From Auanema rhodensis (lineage: Eukaryota; Animalia; Nematoda), in contig OZ059898.1 of the NCBI GenBank assembly GCA_964057225.1, forward strand, positions 2,604,001 to 2,668,000: a stretch of DNA of 64,000 nt. Reading direction: 5' to 3'. The notes beneath the pieces were generated by a model. It was not told the origin of the DNA. It saw only the letters and a program-made list of their open reading frames with translations, and searched no databases. Made by a program: the position numbers and the translations under genes. Position 1 is the first letter of the stretch, and every line of letters begins with the position of its first letter. Below, piece by piece: positions 56,159-64,000 of this stretch.

Positions 56159-58863
56159 ACATACACTAATGCATCATTTTTCAAACGATCATAACTAATT
56201 TTTGTATCAAGTGTTTCTCAATGTAATATAGTGCATTCGATGCGGATTGTTAAGCTGCGTCGATCTGTGTTATCAGATTTGCGCTAGCTTAAAAATGCAC
56301 CGAGATATCAACTGATATAAGTTCACACTTATATCCTCGATTTTCACCCTGAAGAATTAATTTTTTCGTTGAATAACATTGTCCATCGTCTTTGCCTTGA
56401 AAAATGGAATCTAAAAACATCTACTTTTTGCTAAATTATTTTGAAATTTTTCGAAACAATTTTTGTCAAAATGTTTTTGGAAGCAATGTTGAGTGTACAT
56501 GGAAACTCAACATACACTAATGCATCATTTTTCAAACGGTCATAACTAATTTTTGTATCAAGCGTTTCTTAATGTAGTATAGTGCATTCGATCCGGATTT
56601 TTAAGCTGCGTCGATCTGTGTTATCAGATTTGCGCTAGCTTAAAAATGCACCGAGATATCAACTGATATAAGTTCACACTTATATCCTCGATTTTCACCC
56701 TGAAGAATTAATTTTTTTGTTGAATAACATTGTCCATCGTCTTTGCCTTGAAAAATGGAATCTAAAAACATCTACTTTTTGCTAAATTATTTTGAAATTT
56801 TTCGAAAAAATTTTTGTCAAAATGTTTTTGGAAGCAATGTTGAGTGTACATGGAAACTCAACATACACTAATGCATCATTTTTCAAACGATCATAACTAA
56901 TTTTTGTATCAAGGGTTTCTCAATGTAATATAGTGCATTCGATGCGGATTGTTAAGCTGCGTCGATCTGTGTTATCAGATTTGCGCTAGCTTAAAAATGC
57001 ACCGAGATATCAACTGATATAAGTTCACACTTATATCCTCGATTTTCACCCTGAAGAATTAATTTTTTCGTTGAATAACATTGTCCATCGTCTTTGCCTT
57101 GAAAAATGGAATCTAAAAACATCTACTTTTTGCTAAATTATTTTGAAATTTTTCGAAACAATTTTTGTCAAAATGTTTTTGGAAGCAATGTTGAGTGTAC
57201 ATGGAAACTCAACATACACTAATGCATCATTTTTCAAACGGTCATAACTAATTTTTGTATCAAGCGTTTCTTAATGTAGTAAAGTGCATTCGATCCGGAT
57301 TTTTAAGCTGCGTCGATCTGTGTTATCAGATTTGCGCTAGCTTAAAAATGCACCGAGATATCAACTGATATAAGTTCACACTTATATCCTCGATTTTCAC
57401 CCTGAAGAATTAATTTTTTTGTTGAATAACATTGTCCATCGTCTTTGCCTTGAAAAATGGAATCTAAAAACATCTACTTTTTGCTAAATTATTTTGAAAT
57501 TTTTCGAAAAAATTTTTGTCAAAATGTTTTTGGAAGCAATGTTGAGTGTACATGGAAACTCAACATACACTAATGCATCATTTTTCAAACGATCATAACT
57601 AATTTTTGTATCAAGGGTTTTTCAATGTAGTATAGTGCATTCGATGCGGATTTTTAAGCTGCGTCGATCTGTGTTATCAGATTTGCGCTAGCTTAAAAAT
57701 GCACCGAGATATCAACTGATATAAGTTCACACTTATATCCTCGATTTTCACCCTGAAGAAATAATTTTTTCGTTGAATATTATTGTCCATCGTCTTTGCC
57801 TTGAAAAAAGGAATCTAAAAACATCTACTTTTTGCTAAATTATTTTGAAATTTTTCGAAAAAAATTTTGTCAAAATGTTTTTGGAAGCAATGTTGAGTGT
57901 ACATGGAAACTCAACATACACTAATGCATCATTTTTCAAACGATCATAACTAATTTTTGTATCAAGCGTTTCTCAATGTAGTATAGTGCATTCGATGCGG
58001 ATTTTTAAGCTGCGTCGATCTGTGTTATCAGATTTGCGCTAGCTTAAAAATGCACCGAGATATCAACTGATATAAGTTCACACTTATATCGTCGATTTTC
58101 ACCCTGAAGAAATAATTTTTTCGTTGAATATTATTGTCCATCGTCTTTGCCTTGAAAAAAGGAATCTAAAAACATCTACTTTTTGCTAAATTATTTTGAA
58201 ATTTTTCGAAAAAATTTTTGTCAAAATGTTTTTGGAAGCAATGTTGAGTGTACATGGAAACTCAACATACACTAATGCATCATTTTTCAAACGATCATAA
58301 CTAATTTTTGTATCAAGTGTTTCTCAATGTAATATAGTGCATTCGATGCGGATTTTTAAGCTGCGTCGATCTGTGTTATCAGATTTGCGCTAGCTTAAAA
58401 ATGCACCGAGATATCAACTGATATAAGTTCACACTTATATCCTCGATTTTCACCCTGAAGAATTAATTTTTTCGTTGAATAACATTGTCCATCGTCTTTG
58501 CCTTGAAAAATGGAATCTAAAAACATCTACTTTTTGCTAAATTATTTTGAAATTTTTCGAAACAATTTTTGTCAAAATGTTTTTGGAAGCAATGTTGAGT
58601 GTACATGGAAACTCAACATACACTAATGCATCATTTTTCAAACGGTCATAACTAATTTTTGTATCAAGCGTTTCTTAATGTAGTATAGTGCATTCGATGC
58701 GGATTTTTAAGCTGCGTCGATCTGTGTTATCAGATTTGCGCTAGCTTAAAAATGCACCGAGATATCAACTGATATAAGTTCACACTTATATCCTCGATTT
58801 TCACCCTGAAGAATTAATTTTTTCGTTGAATAACATTGTCCATCGTCTTTGCCTTGAAAAATG

Positions 58864-61589
58864 AAATCTAAAAACATCTACTTTTTGCTAAATTATTTTG
58901 AAATTTTTCGAAAAACTTTTTGTCAAAATGTTTTTGGAAGCAATGTTGAGTGTACATGGAAACTCAACATACACTAATGCATCATTTTTCAAACGATCAT
59001 AACTAATTTTTGTATCAAGCGTTTCTCAATGTAGTATAGTGCATTCGATGCGGATTTTTAAGCTGCGTCGATCTATGTTATCAGATTTGCGCTAGCTCAA
59101 AAATGCACCGAGATATCAACTGATATAAGTTCACACTTATATCCTCGATTTTCACCCTGAAGAATTAACTTTTTCGTTGAATAACATTGTCTATCGTCTT
59201 TGCCTTGAAAAATGGAATCTAAAAACATCTACTTTTCGCTAAATTATTTTGAAATTTTTCGAAAAAATTTTTGTCAAAATGTTTTTGGAAGCAATGTTGA
59301 GTGTACATGGAAACTCAACATACACTAATGCATCATTTTTCGAACGATCATAACTAATTTTTGTATCAAGCGTTTCTCAATGTAGTATAGTGCATTCGAT
59401 GCGGATTTTTAAGCTGCGTCGATCTATGTTATCAGATTTGCGCTAGCTCAAAAATGCACCGAGATATCAACTGATATAAGTTCACACTTATATCCTCGAT
59501 TTTCACCCTGAAGAATTAACTTTTTCGTTGAATAACATTGTCTATCGTCTTTGCCTTGAAAAATGGAATCTAAAAACATCTACTTTTCGCTAAATTATTT
59601 TGAAATTTTTCGAAACAAATTTTGTCAAAATGTTTTTGGAAGCAATGTTGAGTGTACATGGAAACTCAACATACACTAATGCATCATTTTTCAAACGGTC
59701 ATAACTAATTTTTGTATCAAGCGTTTCTTAATGTAGTATAGTGCATTCGATCCGGATTTTTAAGCTGCGTCAATCTGTGTTATCAGATTTGCGCTAGCTT
59801 AAAAATGCACCGAGATATCAACTGATATAAGTTCACACTTATATCCTCGATTTTCACCCTGAAGAAATAATTTTTTCGTTGAATAACATTGTCCATCGTC
59901 TTTGCCTTGAAAAAAGGAATCTAAAAACATCTACTTTTTGCTAAATTATTTTGAAATTTTTCGAAAAAATTTTTGTCAAAATGTTTTTGGAAGCAATGTT
60001 GAGTGTACATGGAAACTCAACATACACTAATGCATCATTTTTCTAACGATCATAACTAATTTTTGTATTAAGCTTTTCTCAATGTAGTATATTGCATTCG
60101 ATGCGGATTTTTAAGCTGCGTCGATCTGTGTTATCAGATTTGCGCTAGCTTAAAAATGCACCGAGATATCAACTGATATAAGTTCACACTTATATCCTCG
60201 ATTTTCACCCTGAAGAATTAATTTTTTCGTTGAATAACATTGTCCATCGTCTTTGCCTTGAAAAATGAAATCTAAAAACATCTACTTTTTGCTAAATTAT
60301 TTTGAAATTTTTCGAAAAACTTTTTGTCAAAATGTTTTTGGAAGCAATGTTGAGTGTACATGGAAACTCAACATACACTAATGCATCATTTTTCAAACGA
60401 TCATAACTAATTTTTGTATCAAGCGTTTCTCAATGTAGTATAGTGCATTCGATGCGGATTTTTAAGCTGCGTCGATCTATGTTATCAGATTTGCGCTAGC
60501 TCAAAAATGCACCGAGATATCAACTGATATAAGTTCACACTTATATCCTCGATTTTCACCCTGAAGAATTAACTTTTTCGTTGAATAACATTGTCTATCG
60601 TCTTTGCCTTGAAAAATGGAATCTAAAAACATCTACTTTTCGCTAAATTATTTTGAAATTTTTCGAAAAAATTTTTGTCAAAATGTTTTTGGAAGCAATG
60701 TTGAGTGTACATGGAAACTCAACATACACTAATGCATCATTTTTCGAACGATCATAACTAATTTTTGTATCAAGCGTTTCTCAATGTAGTATAGTGCATT
60801 CGATGCGGATTTTTAAGCTGCGTCGATCTATGTTATCAGATTTGCGCTAGCTCAAAAATGCACCGAGATATCAACTGATATAAGTTCACACTTATATCCT
60901 CGATTTTCACCCTGAAGAATTAACTTTTTCGTTGAATAACATTGTCTATCGTCTTTGCCTTGAAAAATGGAATCTAAAAACATCTACTTTTCGCTAAATT
61001 ATTTTGAAATTTTTCGAAACAAATTTTGTCAAAATGTTTTTGGAAGCAATGTTGAGTGTACATGGAAACTCAACATACACTAATGCATCATTTTTCAAAC
61101 GGTCATAACTAATTTTTGTATCAAGCGTTTCTTGATGTAGTATAGTGCATTCGATCCGGATTTTTAAGCTGCGTCAATCTGTGTTATCAGATTTGCGCTA
61201 GCTTAAAAATGCACCGAGATATCAACTGATATAAGTTCACACTTATATCCTCGATTTTCACCCTGAAGAAATAATTTTTTCGTTGAATAACATTGTCCAT
61301 CGTCTTTGCCTTGAAAAAAGGAATCTAAAAACATCTACTTTTTGCTAAATTATTTTGAAATTTTTCGAAAAAATTTTTGTCAAAATGTTTTTGGAAGCAA
61401 TGTTGAGTGTACATGGAAACTCAACATACACTAATGCATCATTTTTCTAACGATCATAACTAATTTTTGTATTAAGCTTTTCTCAATGTAGTATATTGCA
61501 TTCGATGCGGATTTTTAAGCTGCGTCGATCTGTGTTATCAGATTTGCGCTAGCTTAAAAATGCACCGAGATATCAACTGATATAAGTTT
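58864..61589. repeat. Tandem duplication of a 4-monomer (1404-bp) unit
   Basis: TTCGAACG (p25G) at 59342 and 60746, TATTGC (p73T) at 60092 and 61496, and paired CTATGTT monomers M169/170 and M173/174. Confidence 0.85.
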
Positions 61590-64000
61590 ACACTTATATC
61601 CTCGATTTTCACCCTGAAGAATTAATTTTTTCGTTGAATAACATTGTCCATCGTCTTTGCCTTGAAAAATGGAATCTTAAAACATCTACTTTTTGCTAAA
61701 TTATTTTGAAATTTTTCGAAAAAATTTTTGTCAAAATGTTTTTGGAAGCAATGTTGAGTGTACATGGAAACTCAACATACACTAATGCATCATTTTTCTA
61801 ACGATCATAACTAATTTTTGTATTAAGCTTTTCTCAATGTAGTATAGTGCATTCGATGCGGATTTTTAAGCTGCGTCGATCTGTGTTATCAGATTTGCGC
61901 TAGCTTAAAAATACACCGAGATATCAACTGATATAAGTTCACACTTATATCCTCGATTTTCACCCTGAAGAATTAATTTTTTCGTTGAATAACATTGTCC
62001 ATCGTCTTTGCCTTGAAAAATGGAATCTTAAAACATCTACTTTTTGCTAAATTATTAGAAATTTTTCGAAAAAATTTTTGTCAAAATGTTTTTGGAAGCA
62101 ATGTTGAGTGTACATGGAAACTCAACATACACTAATGCATCATTTTTCAAACGATCATAACTAATTTTTGTATCAAGTGTTTCTCAATGTAATATAGTGC
62201 ATTCGATGCGGATTTTTAAGCTGCGTCGATCTGTGTTATCAGATTTGCGCTAGCTTAAAAATGCACCGAGATATCAACTGATATAAGTTCACACTTATAT
62301 CCTCGATTTTCACCCTGAAGAATTAATTTTTTCGTTGAATAACATTGTCCATCGTCTTTGCCTTGAAAAATGGAATCTAAAAACATCTACTTTTCGCTAA
62401 ATTATTTTGAAATTTTTCGAAACAAATTTTGTCAAAATGTTTTTGGAAGCAATGTTGAGTGTACATGGAAACTCAACATACACTAATGCATCATTTTTCA
62501 AACGGTCATAACTAATTTTTGTATCAAGCGTTTCTTAATGTAGTATAGTGCATTCGATCCGGATTTTTAAGCTGCGTCAATCTGTGTTATCAGATTTGCG
62601 CTAGCTTAAAAATGCACCGAGATATCAACTGATATAAGTTCACACTTATATCCTCGATTTTCACCCTGAAGAATTAATTTTTTCGTTGAATAACATTGTC
62701 CATCGTCTTTGCCTTGAAAAATGGAATCTTAAAACATCTACTTTTTGCTAAATTATTTTGAAATTTTTCGAAAAAATTTTTGTCAAAATGTTTTTGGAAG
62801 CAATGTTGAGTGTACATGGAAACTCAACATACACTAATGCATCATTTTTCAAACGATCATAACTAATTTTTGTATTAAGTGTTTCTCAATGTAATATAGT
62901 GCATTCGATGCGGATTGTTAAGCTGCGTCGATCTGTGTTATCAGATTTGCGCTAGCTTAAAAATGCACCGAGATATCAACTGATATAAGTTCACACTTAT
63001 ATCCTCGATTTTCACCCTGAAGAATTAATTTTTTCGTTGAATAACATTGTCCATCGTCTTTGCCTTGAAAAATGGAATCTAAAAACATCTACTTTTTGCT
63101 AAATTATTTTGAAATTTTTCGAAACAATTTTTGTCAAAATGTTTTTGGAAGCAATGTTGAGTGTACATGGAAACTCAACATACACTAATGCATCATTTTT
63201 CAAACGATCATAACTAATTTTTGTATCAAGCGTTTCTTAATGTAGTATAGTGCATTCAATCCGGATTTTTAAGCTGCGTCAATCTGTGTTATCAGATTTG
63301 CGCTAGCTTAAAAATGCACCGAGATATCAACTGATATAAGTTCACACTTATATCCTCGATTTTCACCCTGAAGAAATAATTTTTTCGTTGAATAACATTG
63401 TCCATCGTCTTTGCCTTGAAAAAAGGAATCTAAAAACATCTACTTTTTGCTAAATTATTTTGAAATTTTTCGAAAAAATTTTTGTCAAAATGTTTTTGGA
63501 AGCAATGTTGAGTGTACATGGAAACTCAACATACACTAATGCATCATTTTTCTAACGATCATAACTAATTTTTGTATTAAGCTTTTCTTAATGTAGTATA
63601 GTGCATTCGATGCGAATTTTTAAGCTGCGTCGATCTGTGTTATCAGATTTGCGCTAGCTTAAAAATGCACCGAGATATCAACTGATATAAGTTCACACTT
63701 ATATCCTCGATTTTCACCCTGAAGAATTAATTTTTTCGTTGAATAACATTGTCCATCGTCTTTGCCTTGAAAAATGGAATCTTAAAACATCTACTTTTTG
63801 CTAAATTATTTTGAAATTTTTCGAAAAAATTTTTGTCAAAATGTTTTTGGAAGCAATGTTGAGTGTACATGGAAACTCAACATACACTAATGCATCATTT
63901 TTCAAACGATCATAACTAATTTTTGTATCAAGTGTTTCTCAATGTAATATAGTGCATTCAATCCGGATTTTTAAGCTGCGTCAATCTGTGTTATCAGATT

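Larger units (their letters stand above)
1..64000. repeat. Tandem satellite DNA array, 351-bp monomer, ~182.3 head-to-tail copies, runs off both window ends
   Basis: ACATACACTAATGCATC recurs at 1, 352, 703 ... 7021 (1+20x351), 14041 and 21061. The register then shifts by -1 after 22778, -2 after 30148 and -3 after ~62057 because of single-base losses. No interruption or inversion seen. Monomer 1 has 110 G+C in 351 bp. Confidence 0.99.

Noticed and set aside
1-64000. CRISPR array or repeat/spacer cassette system
   Set aside because: Palindromic segments recur regularly, but the sequence between them is also repeated. There are no unique spacers, leader, cas or recombinase genes.
1-64000. CpG-methylation deamination signature among variants
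   Set aside because: By hand count about 9 of 24 CpG positions versus about 21 of ~88 other C/G positions show C-to-T or G-to-A alleles. The excess is weak and CpG is not depleted, so a general GC-to-AT bias suffices.

Overview
The whole 64 kb window is one uninterrupted, head-to-tail array of an AT-rich (~31% GC) 351-bp satellite monomer. There are about 182.3 copies, all in one orientation, each differing from the consensus at only a few positions. I see no genes, RNA genes, transposon insertions, CRISPR spacers or unique sequence. The two 63-aa ORFs are chance by-products of one monomer variant carried in a duplicated block. This looks like eukaryotic (peri)centromeric or heterochromatic satellite DNA; the species and family cannot be named from sequence alone. 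Two kinds of structure are real. First, each monomer carries several dyad symmetries: a 51-nt imperfect hairpin, two perfect 9-bp stems and an A/T-tract palindrome. Second, typing monomers by their variants shows a layered history: a latent 3-monomer (1053-bp) unit, overlaid by local 2-, 4/5-, 7-, 8-, 9- and 21-monomer duplications, a 12-monomer sweep of one variant, chimeric junction monomers and region-restricted alleles. Monomer length is almost perfectly conserved. I found no evidence of a new coding system. Monomer position numbers (p) refer to the first monomer (1-351), and M numbers are monomer indices. All variant typing was done by eye.
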